A stretch of 64,000 nucleotides of DNA from Phycisphaerales bacterium (GTDB taxonomy: Bacteria; Planctomycetota; Phycisphaerae; WQYP01): the NCBI GenBank assembly GCA_027366115.1, contig DAHXLH010000154.1, positions 2,753 through 66,752 on the forward strand. The letters run 5' to 3'. The translations under genes were made by a program, and so were the position numbers. A model generated the notes under the pieces. That model ran no database searches. It saw only the letters and a list, made by a program, of their open reading frames with translations, and had not been told where the DNA came from. Below, one piece after another: positions 17,607 to 26,955 of the stretch (position 1 is the stretch's first letter; each line of letters starts with the position of its first letter).

Positions 17607-20537
17607 ATGACGCGCCAAAGCATTTCCGCGGTTGGTCCCGTTGCCACAGCCACAGGTACGGAACTTCCACCCTCTGATGCCGGGGCCGTTGCAACGCGCC
17701 GTGATATGCTTAAATATTCCGGAGCAATTGCGGCCGCAGGCGCGCTCGCTATCAGTGGCATTCCTTTGGAAGCGGCAACGGTATCGCAATCCGGTCAACC
17801 CTTTCCCACGGTGCATGGAGCTGCAGCGGTAACCGCCGTCAAACGCCTGGCCAATGGCGCGGAACTGACGCTTACCATCGGCTGCCTTCGTCTGATTGTT
17901 TATACCGATCGTGTGATCCGCGTGCTTTATTCGCCGCTGGGCGCGGGCCAGGAGCAGCATGAAAGCCTGGCGGTCATTGCCGCGCCGGCGGCCGTGGCCT
18001 GGCAACTCCATGAATCCGTCCGGTACGTGGAAGTTTCCACAGCGCATCTTGCGGCGCGGGTAAACCGCCGCACGGGCGCTGTTGAATTCGTGGACGCGGA
18101 GGGAAAGCCGTTTTTGGCGGAAAATCCCGCCGGCGGAAAATTCATGCAGCCAATTACCTTTAAGGATGTGCCCACCTGCCAAGTGCGACAGGAATTTACA
18201 CTGCACGCGGACGAAGCCCTGTACGGCCTGGGCCAGCATCAGCAGGGCGTCATGAATTATCACGGTAAATCCGTGCAGTTGATGCAGAAAAATCGCCACG
18301 TCGCTATTCCGGTTTTGCTCTCCAGTCGCGGTTATGGCATCTTTTGGGATAACCCCGCCATTACAGACGTCAGCGCGGGTGTTGCCGCAGGGACACCCAT
18401 TCCGGTGGACAATTTGTTTGATGCTTCCGGCAATCCGGGCGGCCTGACTGGTGAATATTACGCGGGAACTGATTTTCAAACGCTTAAGGCGACGCGAGTG
18501 GATTCCAGCTTTGATTTCAATTCTCTGACCAACTGGGCGCATGGACCGGTGAAGGGAATCGGGGCCGATCATTTTTCCATTCGCTGGCAAGGTGAAATTC
18601 TTGCGCCAACAACCGGTGCGTATATTTTTTCCACCACCAGCGATGATGGGGCACGCCTGTGGATCAATGGCCGGCAGATCATTAATGATTGGCGCACGCA
18701 GGCCGCAACGGAATCCACGGGGCGGATACACCTGGAAGCAGGAAAAAAATACAGCATTAAAATCGAATATTTTCAGCAGGGCGGGCCGGCTGCCTTTCAG
18801 CTTCGCTGGCGGACACCGCCGAAAAATGGCACCCCTGAGAAGCTGATCTGGCAGTCTGCCGTGGGCAACTGGATTGACTACTACGTGATTCGCGGCCCGG
18901 AACTTGATGATGTAATTGCCGCTTGGCGGGACATTAGCGGCCCCGCGCCCATGATGGGCAAATGGGTATGGGGGTTCTGGCAATCCAAGGAACATTACAA
19001 CACCCAGCTTCAGGTGCTGGGTGTGGCTGCGGAATATCGGTCCATGCATATCCCGATGGATGGCATTATTCAGGACTGGTATTACTGGGTGCCTTACCCA
19101 TGGGGTTCCAATAAATTTGATCCGGTCCGCTATCCGAATCCGGGCGATATGATCGCCGCCCTTCATAAGGAACACCTGCATTTCATGATCAGCGTGTGGG
19201 CTAAATTTGCCCCCGGATCAGCCAATTATGCGGAAATGAAAAAAGCCGGCGTGCTGTATCCCCTCACCGGCGGCGGGGCCGCCTGGAATCCTGCGAGCAG
19301 TTATTACGACCCATTTAATCCGCTGGGCCGCAAACTGTATTGGCATAATCTTAAAACTCAACTTTTTTCGCTTGGGGTGGACGCTTGGTGGCTGGATGCC
19401 TCCGAGCCGGAACTTGGCGGCGACTGGGGACAATTTGCGGATATTAAAACCTACATGGGCTGGGGTGCATTTGTTTACAACGCTTATCCGCTGATGCACA
19501 CCAAAGCAGTTTATGACGGCCAGCGTGCCACAACGTCACAAAAGCGCGTCATGATTCTTACGCGTTCCGCCTGGGCCGGACAACAGCGCAACAGTGCCAT
19601 TACCTGGTCTGGTGATACGCAGGGCACCTGGGAGGTGCTGCGCGCGCAGATCGCCGGTGGCATTAACTTTGCCCTTAGCGGCATCCCCTATTGGAACACC
19701 GATATTGGCGGTTTTTTCATCCATCAGTCACCCCAGGACCCGGCCTATCAGGAGTTGTTTGTCCGCTGGTTCCAGTTTGGAACGTTTTGCCCGCTCTTCC
19801 GTGTGCATGGCACCAATTACCCCAAGGAAATGTGGCGATTCGGGCCGAAAATCATGCCCATGCTGGTGAAGTTTGATCACCTGCGTTACCGGCTGCTACC
19901 TTATATTTACAGCGTCTCCTGGATGGTAACGCATCAGGGATACACCATGTTGCGCGGATTGATTATGGATTTCCGCACCGACCCGGCCGTGCATGACATT
20001 GGTGATCAGTTCATGTTCGGCCCAGCGGTTCTGGTAAGCCCGGTGCTGGAAGCGGGGGCCAAAGCCCGCGACGTGTATCTGCCCGCAGGCTGCAACTGGT
20101 TTGATTTCTGGACCGGTGAAAGCCACAGCGGTCACACGCATATTCATGCTGCCGCGGAACTGGAGTCCATGCCGCTATTTATCCGCAGCGGATCCATTGT
20201 GCCGCTCGGGCCGGTGGTGCAGTATGCGGCCCAGCCGGCCGACCCCTTGGAAATCCGAATTTATCCCGGTGCGGATGGGAAGTTCACGCTTTATGAAGAT
20301 GAAAATGATTCGTATAACTATGAGCGCGGCGTCCACGCAACCATTGATTTCCAGTGGCTGGATCACGCGAGTGAACTGCACATCAGCCGGCGGCACGGAC
20401 AGTTTCCGGGAATGCTCAAACAACGCACGTTTCATATTGTGCTAGTAAAGCCGGGCCACGGCGGCGGGTTGGCCCCGGCAACCTCCCCGGATAAAGTGAT
20501 CATGTATACCGGCGCTGCGGTAAAGCTTGCACTGTGA
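17607..20537 (+). CDS. GH31 alpha-xylosidase/alpha-glucosidase with PA14 insertion, TAT signal
   Basis: Twin-arginine ATRRDMLKYSGAIAAAGALA. PA14 block GLTGEYYAGTDF...FSIRWQGEI...SDDGARLWINGRQIINDW. GH31 blocks GVDAWWLDASEPE and ITWSGDTQGTWEVL. Confidence 0.85.
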   Translation: MTRQSISAVGPVATATGTELPPSDAGAVATRRDMLKYSGAIAAAGALAISGIPLEAATVSQSGQPFPTVHGAAAVTAVKRLANGAELTLTIGCLRLIVYTDRVIRVLYSPLGAGQEQHESLAVIAAPAAVAWQLHESVRYVEVSTAHLAARVNRRTGAVEFVDAEGKPFLAENPAGGKFMQPITFKDVPTCQVRQEFTLHADEALYGLGQHQQGVMNYHGKSVQLMQKNRHVAIPVLLSSRGYGIFWDNPAITDVSAGVAAGTPIPVDNLFDASGNPGGLTGEYYAGTDFQTLKATRVDSSFDFNSLTNWAHGPVKGIGADHFSIRWQGEILAPTTGAYIFSTTSDDGARLWINGRQIINDWRTQAATESTGRIHLEAGKKYSIKIEYFQQGGPAAFQLRWRTPPKNGTPEKLIWQSAVGNWIDYYVIRGPELDDVIAAWRDISGPAPMMGKWVWGFWQSKEHYNTQLQVLGVAAEYRSMHIPMDGIIQDWYYWVPYPWGSNKFDPVRYPNPGDMIAALHKEHLHFMISVWAKFAPGSANYAEMKKAGVLYPLTGGGAAWNPASSYYDPFNPLGRKLYWHNLKTQLFSLGVDAWWLDASEPELGGDWGQFADIKTYMGWGAFVYNAYPLMHTKAVYDGQRATTSQKRVMILTRSAWAGQQRNSAITWSGDTQGTWEVLRAQIAGGINFALSGIPYWNTDIGGFFIHQSPQDPAYQELFVRWFQFGTFCPLFRVHGTNYPKEMWRFGPKIMPMLVKFDHLRYRLLPYIYSVSWMVTHQGYTMLRGLIMDFRTDPAVHDIGDQFMFGPAVLVSPVLEAGAKARDVYLPAGCNWFDFWTGESHSGHTHIHAAAELESMPLFIRSGSIVPLGPVVQYAAQPADPLEIRIYPGADGKFTLYEDENDSYNYERGVHATIDFQWLDHASELHISRRHGQFPGMLKQRTFHIVLVKPGHGGGLAPATSPDKVIMYTGAAVKLAL

Positions 20538-20640
20538 CCGGAGGTGCGGTATCGGTTGGCCTTTTGGGGGACGGGCGGATGCCACCGAAGCGGGCAGCCG
20601 CACCCGTCGATCCCGTAGCGTCTTTCGGGGTTCGGGGGTA

Positions 20641-20705
20641 TTTCATAAAACGACTACATTTTGGCAGATTTTGTCCTTGCCGGATTTGGCCCACTGTTTT
20701 ATAGT
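20641..20705 (+). promoter_or_regulatory. Promoter module copy 2: upstream box + TTGCCG-17-TATAGT
   Basis: Box tttcataaaacgactacattttggcaga, -35 TTGCCG (20677-20682), a 17-nt spacer and -10 TATAGT (20700-20705). It lies inside the 5' extension of ORF 20527, which argues for the downstream start at 20782. Confidence 0.65.
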
Positions 20706-20781
20706 CCGCATATGTCCCGCATTTTGCCGGGGATGGATTGGTGCAACTGTTTTAACGGCGGCGTATTTCCGGAGACCACAT

Positions 20782-22185
20782 ATGACGCAACGCTTGGGGT
20801 TGGTATTCCTGTTATGTCTTGGATTGATGGGGATGGCGCGGGCCTCGGCAGCGCCGGAGCCATCCCACTTTTTTCTGAAAAACGGCGACCGTGTCTGCTT
20901 TTATGGTGACAGCATCACCGATCAGCGGTTCTATTGCGCCGAGATTGAAACGTATGTACATACCAGATTTCCAAAGCTGCACGTGCGCTTTATTGATTCC
21001 GGTGTGGGCGGCGATACCGTACGCGGCGGCTGGGCCGGCCCGGTGGACCTGCGGCTCAAGCGGGATGTATTTGCGTTCAAACCCAATGTGGTCACGATCA
21101 TGCTGGGCATGAATGACGCCGCGTATAAGCCATTTAACAAGAAAATTTTCAACACTTATAAAACCGGATATGAGCACATTATACGCCAACTCAAGCGGCA
21201 CTTGCCGGGCGTGCGGATTGTTCTGCTGGGAACGACGCCCTATGATGATATTACACATAAGCCGAAATTTCCCGGTGGATATAACGCGGTGCTGATACGG
21301 TACTGCCAATTCGTAAAGCGGCTGGCGCGGCGGAACCACTTAATGTATGTTGATTTCAATGCCCCGATGGTCAAGGTGCTCCAAGAGGCGGAAAAAATAA
21401 ATCCGACTCTGGCAAAGCAGTTTTTCCCCGGCCGCATTCATCCCAGCGCCGCCGGTCAAATGATGATGGCCTTGGCGCTGCTGAAGGCCTGGGGCGCGCC
21501 GGCGACGGTGACAAGGGTGGATATTAACGCCGCCACTTCGCATGTTGCACGTGCGGTCAATACCCGTATCAGCGACTTGAAAGCAACCGCTTCCGCCATC
21601 GCTTGGACGCAACGCGATGGCTCTTTGCCCGAGCCGGTCCTTGGATTGCATGAAAATTGGCCTCAATTTCCCTCATGGGAGCTATTCCGTACGCCGCAAC
21701 CTAATCCCAAATACACCAATCCGGCGGCTGCGCTGATTAACAAGTTGTCGGGATTTACCCGGTTACTGGACCAGGAAACGCTTGCGGTTAAAGGGCTGAC
21801 GGCACCGCGATACAATCTCAAAATTGACGGCCGCGATATTGGAACATTTTCATCAGCGCAGTTGGCAAAGGGAATTAATTTGGCTGACTATTTCACGCCC
21901 ATGCTTCAGCAGGCGTATCACGTCAGCAACATCGTCTGGGAAGAAATCCAGGCGCATTGCGTGGGGCGCTATGAAGTGCAAACGATGATGGAAAATTTCG
22001 ATCCATGGTGGACCAAGCCCCACCCGCCCAATTTGCCCGTAACCACGGAAAATGATCCCGCTGCGGGGCCAGCCGTCAGCGCGATCATTAAAGCGATCTA
22101 TCATCTTGAAACGATTATTGTCAAACGGGAATATTCCGCCAGCCGCCCGAAGGTGCATCGCTATGCACTAAGCGTTGCCCAGTAA
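20782..22185 (+). CDS. SGNH/GDSL-family esterase (candidate carbohydrate acetylesterase) with C-terminal unknown domain
   Basis: Signal peptide MTQRLGLVFLLCLGLMGMARASA. Block I FYGDSITD, block III IMLGMNDA, and IHPSAAG. GGAGA RBS at 20771-20775. Confidence 0.7.
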   Translation: MTQRLGLVFLLCLGLMGMARASAAPEPSHFFLKNGDRVCFYGDSITDQRFYCAEIETYVHTRFPKLHVRFIDSGVGGDTVRGGWAGPVDLRLKRDVFAFKPNVVTIMLGMNDAAYKPFNKKIFNTYKTGYEHIIRQLKRHLPGVRIVLLGTTPYDDITHKPKFPGGYNAVLIRYCQFVKRLARRNHLMYVDFNAPMVKVLQEAEKINPTLAKQFFPGRIHPSAAGQMMMALALLKAWGAPATVTRVDINAATSHVARAVNTRISDLKATASAIAWTQRDGSLPEPVLGLHENWPQFPSWELFRTPQPNPKYTNPAAALINKLSGFTRLLDQETLAVKGLTAPRYNLKIDGRDIGTFSSAQLAKGINLADYFTPMLQQAYHVSNIVWEEIQAHCVGRYEVQTMMENFDPWWTKPHPPNLPVTTENDPAAGPAVSAIIKAIYHLETIIVKREYSASRPKVHRYALSVAQ

Positions 22186-22274
22186 TGCCGAAACCAGACG
22201 ACGGTGAAACCGGAAGTCCGGGACTGGCAATCCGGCCGTTACTCGGATAGGACGCCAATGAGAGGAGTCGTCTG

Positions 22275-24104
22275 ATGGCTGCTGAAAACCTTCGTGCGGC
22301 AGGGGCCAGCCTATTGATCCGCGCTGCGGCCGGCGCGGCCATTGCGCTGGCGCTCGCCGATGTCGGGCTGGCCATCGGCCGGCCGTTCCTAGGGACAACC
22401 TGGCAGGGAGTCGCATATCCATCCTTCAGCGGATTTTTTACGCAGCTTACGCCGGAAAATGACGGCAAATGGGGCAGTGTGGAACCGTCGCCCGGAACGT
22501 TTAACTGGTCAAATCTTAGCGCCATGTACGCGCTTGCGGCACAGCGCGGTATGTTGGTTAAACAGCATAACATGATCTGGTCGCAGCAGCAGCCATACTG
22601 GGTAAATTCCGTCAATGCCACAACGGCGGAACAGAAATGGTTCTCAGCTTATGCAAATGAGTTCTCGCCAAACCTTATGGATGTCGTCAACGAACCACTG
22701 GACGGTTCGCCCAGTTACGCTTCAGGCTTGCCGGACGGCGGCACGTCTTCCTCCAGCTACGGTGGATTCGGATGGGTGGTCCAGGCCTATCAATTAGCAA
22801 GGACTGATTTTCCCAATGCCACGTTGCTGATTAATGACTATGGAATTTTAGCCAGCGCCACGAAAACAGCGCAATATATGAGTCTGATTAATGTGCTGAA
22901 AAGCAAGGGCCTCATAGACGGTATTGGCCTGGAAGCGCATGGCTTGGAAAATGTCAGCAGCGCAACAATTCAAAGCAATCTCAATAAACTCGATACCCTT
23001 GATCTGCCCATTTATATTTCGGAATATGACCTGAATCAAACCAGTGACCAAGCTCAATTAACACAAATGCAAACGCAGTTCCCGATTTTTTACACCAATT
23101 CCATGGTGCAAGGCGTAACCTTATGGGACTTTGCGTATGGCCACACGTGGCAGCCCAACGCCAATTTACTCTATGCCAATGGCAATCCCCGACCGGCCAT
23201 GCAATGGCTGGAAAAGTATATGAATCCGGGCGGTACGGTCGTTGACAGTGGTGCCATACAGACGGTTTCATCCTCAGGGGCGTTGGGAACAGGAATGATC
23301 GCCCTTGATTTTGGCGGCGGCACGCTGCGGTACACCGCGGCCGGTGTGGATATAGCCAATGCAATGGAGCTTAATGACAATGGTTCGCATCTTGATATGA
23401 ACGGCCAAGCCGGAGCACGATATTCCGGCAATATCACCGGCGGGGGTTCGCTGACGATAGAAAATACGGGAAATTCCAACACTAATATGCTGGTGATGAC
23501 CGGCGCGGATACCGCGTCTGGTACCACCACCCTTGACGGTAACGTGCATGTTTTTCTGGATTCACTGCCGGGTATCCGCGGTTCGGGCGTGATCACCGGC
23601 GCGGTGACCGTGAATGCGAGGGCGGTTTTCGGCGGGACCGGCACGGTTTCCAATACAGTCACCGTGGCCGGTGCTCTATCCCCGGGTGATGGGGGCTACG
23701 GAACGCTACAAATTCAGAATTTAGCGCTTGCCAATTCCAGTAAGCTGGATTTTATTCTCAACGTCCCTAACGTGGTTGCCGGCACCGGCGGTAACAGCTT
23801 TATAATTACCACGGATGTGACTTTAGGCTCAGGCGTAGCGATTGATATAACACCCGGTGCTGATTTTGGTGCGGGAATTTATTCCCTGCTGAGTTTTTCA
23901 GGTGCCCTGTCTAATTCCGCAGATTTAAGTTCCTGGACAGTCAGCGGCCCGGCGGGCTTTAACTATCAGTTGACCGATTCGGCAGGGCTTATTAGTTTAA
24001 ATGTTGCGGCGGTACCTGAGCCTGCCGCGCTAGGCTTGCTTGCATCGGTCATCGGGTCATTCCTTTTGCTCGCCCGGCCGCGAAGCGTGGAAAATATTAC
24101 GTGA
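22275..24104 (+). CDS. GH10 endo-xylanase fused to autotransporter-type beta-strand repeats and a PEP-CTERM anchor
   Basis: GH10 blocks TPENDGKWGSVEP, KQHNMIWSQQQPYW, DVVNEP, IDGIGLEAHG, ISEYDL. The repeats resemble GGGSLTIENTGNSNTNMLVMTG. C-terminus VPEPAALGLLASVIGSFLLLARPR. Confidence 0.85.
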   Translation: MAAENLRAAGASLLIRAAAGAAIALALADVGLAIGRPFLGTTWQGVAYPSFSGFFTQLTPENDGKWGSVEPSPGTFNWSNLSAMYALAAQRGMLVKQHNMIWSQQQPYWVNSVNATTAEQKWFSAYANEFSPNLMDVVNEPLDGSPSYASGLPDGGTSSSSYGGFGWVVQAYQLARTDFPNATLLINDYGILASATKTAQYMSLINVLKSKGLIDGIGLEAHGLENVSSATIQSNLNKLDTLDLPIYISEYDLNQTSDQAQLTQMQTQFPIFYTNSMVQGVTLWDFAYGHTWQPNANLLYANGNPRPAMQWLEKYMNPGGTVVDSGAIQTVSSSGALGTGMIALDFGGGTLRYTAAGVDIANAMELNDNGSHLDMNGQAGARYSGNITGGGSLTIENTGNSNTNMLVMTGADTASGTTTLDGNVHVFLDSLPGIRGSGVITGAVTVNARAVFGGTGTVSNTVTVAGALSPGDGGYGTLQIQNLALANSSKLDFILNVPNVVAGTGGNSFIITTDVTLGSGVAIDITPGADFGAGIYSLLSFSGALSNSADLSSWTVSGPAGFNYQLTDSAGLISLNVAAVPEPAALGLLASVIGSFLLLARPRSVENIT

Positions 24105-24189
24105 TGGCGTCGGGCGTGGGCCAGGGGTGATCCGACGGATCACAATGGATGGCGAATTTTTGCCCAATGGCTGGAAAGGCCGCAGTAAT

Positions 24190-25422
24190 ATGAAAACAAA
24201 AAAGCTCATCCGCACTGTGACGGCGGCCAATCTTCCGCTTCCTCTGGCGCAGCCAACTCATCTTACGCGGACTCCGGCGCGGCGCATTTTGCTGTTAATG
24301 GGGTGGTATTCCATCGCCATTCACCGGGGCGTGGCGCGGTACGCCAAACAGGCGGGATGGGCCTTGGATTCAGCCTCGGTGCGTAACGCCAGCGCCGCTC
24401 CGGTTTGGGAACCCGATGGGGTAATCGCCATGCTGGGACCTAATGCGGAAATTGCCTCGCTGGTCGCATCCTTTAAGCTCCCCACGGTGAACATCGGTTA
24501 CCAGGATATTTCCCCCGCCCCGCGCGTGGCCAATGATAATAAGGCTATTGCCGAATTGGCGGTGCAGCATTTCGTGGAACGCGGGTTTCAACATCTGGCG
24601 TTTTATTTCAAGGGCGTCAGTAAATGCGAACTGGAGCGCAAAGAATGCTTTCAAGCCGCCTGCAAAAGCGCTAACCGGATTTTTCATCTCATAGACACCC
24701 GCGCCGGACTACCCAAGAATTCTCCGCCCGCGGCCCTCTTTGCCCAGTTGCGCAAAAGTCTGGTCAGGCTGCCCAAACCGCTGGCGGTCACCGCGGAAAA
24801 TGATGATCTGGCGGCTGAAGTTATTTTTGCCGGCCATGAAGATCACCTTCTGGTGCCCGAGCAGATCGCGGTGCTCGGTGTGATGAATGACGAACTGCGA
24901 TGTAATTTTACCACCGTTCCATTATCCAGCATTGATGACAATGCGGAGGGCATGGGATTCACCGCCGCCGAATTGTTGGATCAGTTAATGTCCGGGAGGA
25001 AAGTTTCGCGCGGGCCGACGCTGGTGCCGCCGATTGGCGTTGTGACACGGCAGAGCACGGATATTCTGGCCATTGAAAATACGGACGTGGCCATGGCGTT
25101 GAAAACCATCTGGACACGGTATCGCGAGCCGATCAATGTGGAGGAAGTATCGATGGATGTCCCCATTTCCTATCGGCGGCTGCACGATCTGTTTCAGAAA
25201 TATGTCGGTCGCAGCATGTCCGAAGAGATCGCCCGTTTGCGCGTGGAATATGCCGCCCGGCAGTTGGTGGGCACGGATAAAAAAGTGCACGCCATCGCCG
25301 TGGAGTCCGGCTTCCCGGATGCCAATCGCATGGTAAAGGTATTTCGCCGTATTAAAGGCATGACGCCGGGCCAATTCCGAGCCTACAGCGGGCACCGTGG
25401 CAGTAGCCGATCCCCTTCATAA
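24190..25422 (+). CDS. XylR-like regulator (periplasmic-binding-protein-like sensor + AraC-type HTH)
   Basis: The C-terminal AraC HTH is ...IARLRVEYAARQLVGTDKKVHAIAVESGFPDANRMVKVFRRIKGMTPGQFR. The N-terminal two thirds are sugar-binding-fold-like. The ORF opens at 24040 inside the upstream gene, so ATG 24190 (MKTKK) was chosen. Confidence 0.75.
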   Translation: MKTKKLIRTVTAANLPLPLAQPTHLTRTPARRILLLMGWYSIAIHRGVARYAKQAGWALDSASVRNASAAPVWEPDGVIAMLGPNAEIASLVASFKLPTVNIGYQDISPAPRVANDNKAIAELAVQHFVERGFQHLAFYFKGVSKCELERKECFQAACKSANRIFHLIDTRAGLPKNSPPAALFAQLRKSLVRLPKPLAVTAENDDLAAEVIFAGHEDHLLVPEQIAVLGVMNDELRCNFTTVPLSSIDDNAEGMGFTAAELLDQLMSGRKVSRGPTLVPPIGVVTRQSTDILAIENTDVAMALKTIWTRYREPINVEEVSMDVPISYRRLHDLFQKYVGRSMSEEIARLRVEYAARQLVGTDKKVHAIAVESGFPDANRMVKVFRRIKGMTPGQFRAYSGHRGSSRSPS

Positions 25423-25479
25423 TTCGGCTACAAGTTGGCAGAAAACGCTCTTGTAATGCACTTCTGGAAGGCACATACT
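25416..25479 (+). promoter_or_regulatory. Promoter module copy 3: upstream box + TTGTAA-17-CATACT
   Basis: Box ttcataattcggctacaagttggcaga (25416-25442), then 8 nt, TTGTAA (25451-25456), a 17-nt spacer and CATACT (25474-25479). The box overlaps the stop codon of the XylR-like gene. Confidence 0.5.
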
Positions 25480-25729
25480 GTACTTAGACATATTGATGCA
25501 ATGTCTTCGCATAAGTCAGCGGAGAATGTCGATCAGGGGTTGGCGCAGAATGCCGGCCCGGCGATGTAGAAAAAGTTAATACGTGGCGAAAAAGAATTGC
25601 CACACCCGGCGATGGAAGCACATCGCCTGGGCACTCGTAGAGATTATGAACACTTTGCACCGGTGCATATGTTCGCTCGCGTGGGCGATGGTGCTGGTGA
25701 GAGATGAGTTCCTTTGAAGGAGTCGTGCG

Positions 25730-26602
25730 ATGAGTGTTAAGTACAGCTACACGAAGTTGCTTGGAGGTCTGGGGACAACGGCGCTATTAGCCGGGGCGGC
25801 GGCTACGGCGGTCGGAACATCGGGAGGGATGGTCGGCGCGACGGCGATCAACATACAATTTGGAGACACCAGTACAAACAATGTCGCATATAGCGGCGTT
25901 GGCATGGACACGCAGGACACTGGAACGGCTTGGAATTTCGTGACCACGGCGTGGGCTACCAATTCCAATTTGGTCGACTCGACAGGTGCGGTTACCAGTG
26001 TGGGAGCCTATGCCCAGGGGAACACCGGCGGTGATCTGGGTGCCACGGTAACGCCGGCGTACATGTCAGGGGCATTCTGGAACTCGAACCAATATGCGAG
26101 CTGGGCGGGGGCGCTGCAAATGGCCGTTACCGTCAGCGGCCTGTCGGCCAGCAGTTCATACCAGTTGTACGTCTATTCGGATACGCCAAGTTGGGCTGGC
26201 GGGACAACCGCGATCCAGCTTGCCAGCGCAAACACGCCAGCGGGCGGAGCGGCGAATCTCCTGTTGTATTCCAACGGCGCAACCACGCCCAGTGCGGCGA
26301 CAGAGGTCACGCCGACTGCGGCAGCGGCGACGGTGGCTCCGGCATCCGCCAACGGCAACTGGGGTGTGCTCAACGCGGTGGCGGGCAGTAATGGGCGGAT
26401 AGTTCTTAATTACTATGTTCCGAGCTATCTAATAAGTACCACCGCCGGGGCCAACGACCGCGAATTTCTCAACGCTATTCAGATTCAGCCGGTGAGCACG
26501 GTAATACCCGAACCGGCGACGCTCGGGCTGTTTGCATTGGGCGGCCTGGGCCTGCTTCTCGTAGGCCGGAAGCGGCTGAAGGGAATGGCCGGCGCAGCCT
26601 AA
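25730..26602 (+). CDS. PEP-CTERM sorting-domain surface protein, unknown function
   Basis: Signal peptide, a Gly/Thr/Ala/Ser-rich body, and C-terminus IPEPATLGLFALGGLGLLLVGRKRLK. GAAGGAG RBS. Confidence 0.8.
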   Translation: MSVKYSYTKLLGGLGTTALLAGAAATAVGTSGGMVGATAINIQFGDTSTNNVAYSGVGMDTQDTGTAWNFVTTAWATNSNLVDSTGAVTSVGAYAQGNTGGDLGATVTPAYMSGAFWNSNQYASWAGALQMAVTVSGLSASSSYQLYVYSDTPSWAGGTTAIQLASANTPAGGAANLLLYSNGATTPSAATEVTPTAAAATVAPASANGNWGVLNAVAGSNGRIVLNYYVPSYLISTTAGANDREFLNAIQIQPVSTVIPEPATLGLFALGGLGLLLVGRKRLKGMAGAA

Positions 26603-26955
26603 TTCGGCACCGCGCTGTGGCGAATGTTGCCTTAGTAACGTGCTTGTCGGCCTTTGGATGAGAATCAAGGGCCTTGGGAGGTACGATGAAATAAACAAAG
26701 TCTTTTGAAGGTTGTGGCAATCTTGTTTTGAAGAAGGAGTTGTTTATGTCGGCTGTACGGCCCAATTTTCCACCCCCCAGCTTATTCGGCTGGCGGAGCA
26801 CAAAATTCAGTTCGCAAATGGACATCCATAAGGAGATACAAATGGATACCAAAAAAAGTACCGTTTCATCCGCCGCGGATAGTTGCGGCAAACCGCAGCC
26901 CATTCGGCAAGTGGGCAATTCAAATAGCTCCCGCTGGGAGCAGAAAGGATCGAGT

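Noticed and set aside
17565-19181. 538-aa ORF on the minus strand
   Set aside because: It lies entirely antisense to the well-supported GH31 gene and in the codon-aligned antisense frame, where stops arise only from sense TTA/CTA/TCA codons, which are rare here. The translation is low-complexity with no recognisable motifs.
20527-20781. Long N-terminal extensions given by the ORF track (e.g. 20527, 24040, 27937, 35571, 50295, 51549, 52766, 58818)
   Set aside because: The extensions overlap upstream genes, promoters or terminators and lack an RBS. Downstream ATGs have Shine-Dalgarno sequences and give proper signal peptides or prepilin leaders.
26746-26955. Longer DUF1559 precursor starting at ATG 26746 or 26842 (both with AAGGAG RBS)
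   Set aside because: A 45-76 aa leader before the G/FTLIELL cleavage site would be atypical for prepilin-type proteins, so ATG 26956 is preferred. The strong RBSs make this worth experimental checking, and the call is not certain.
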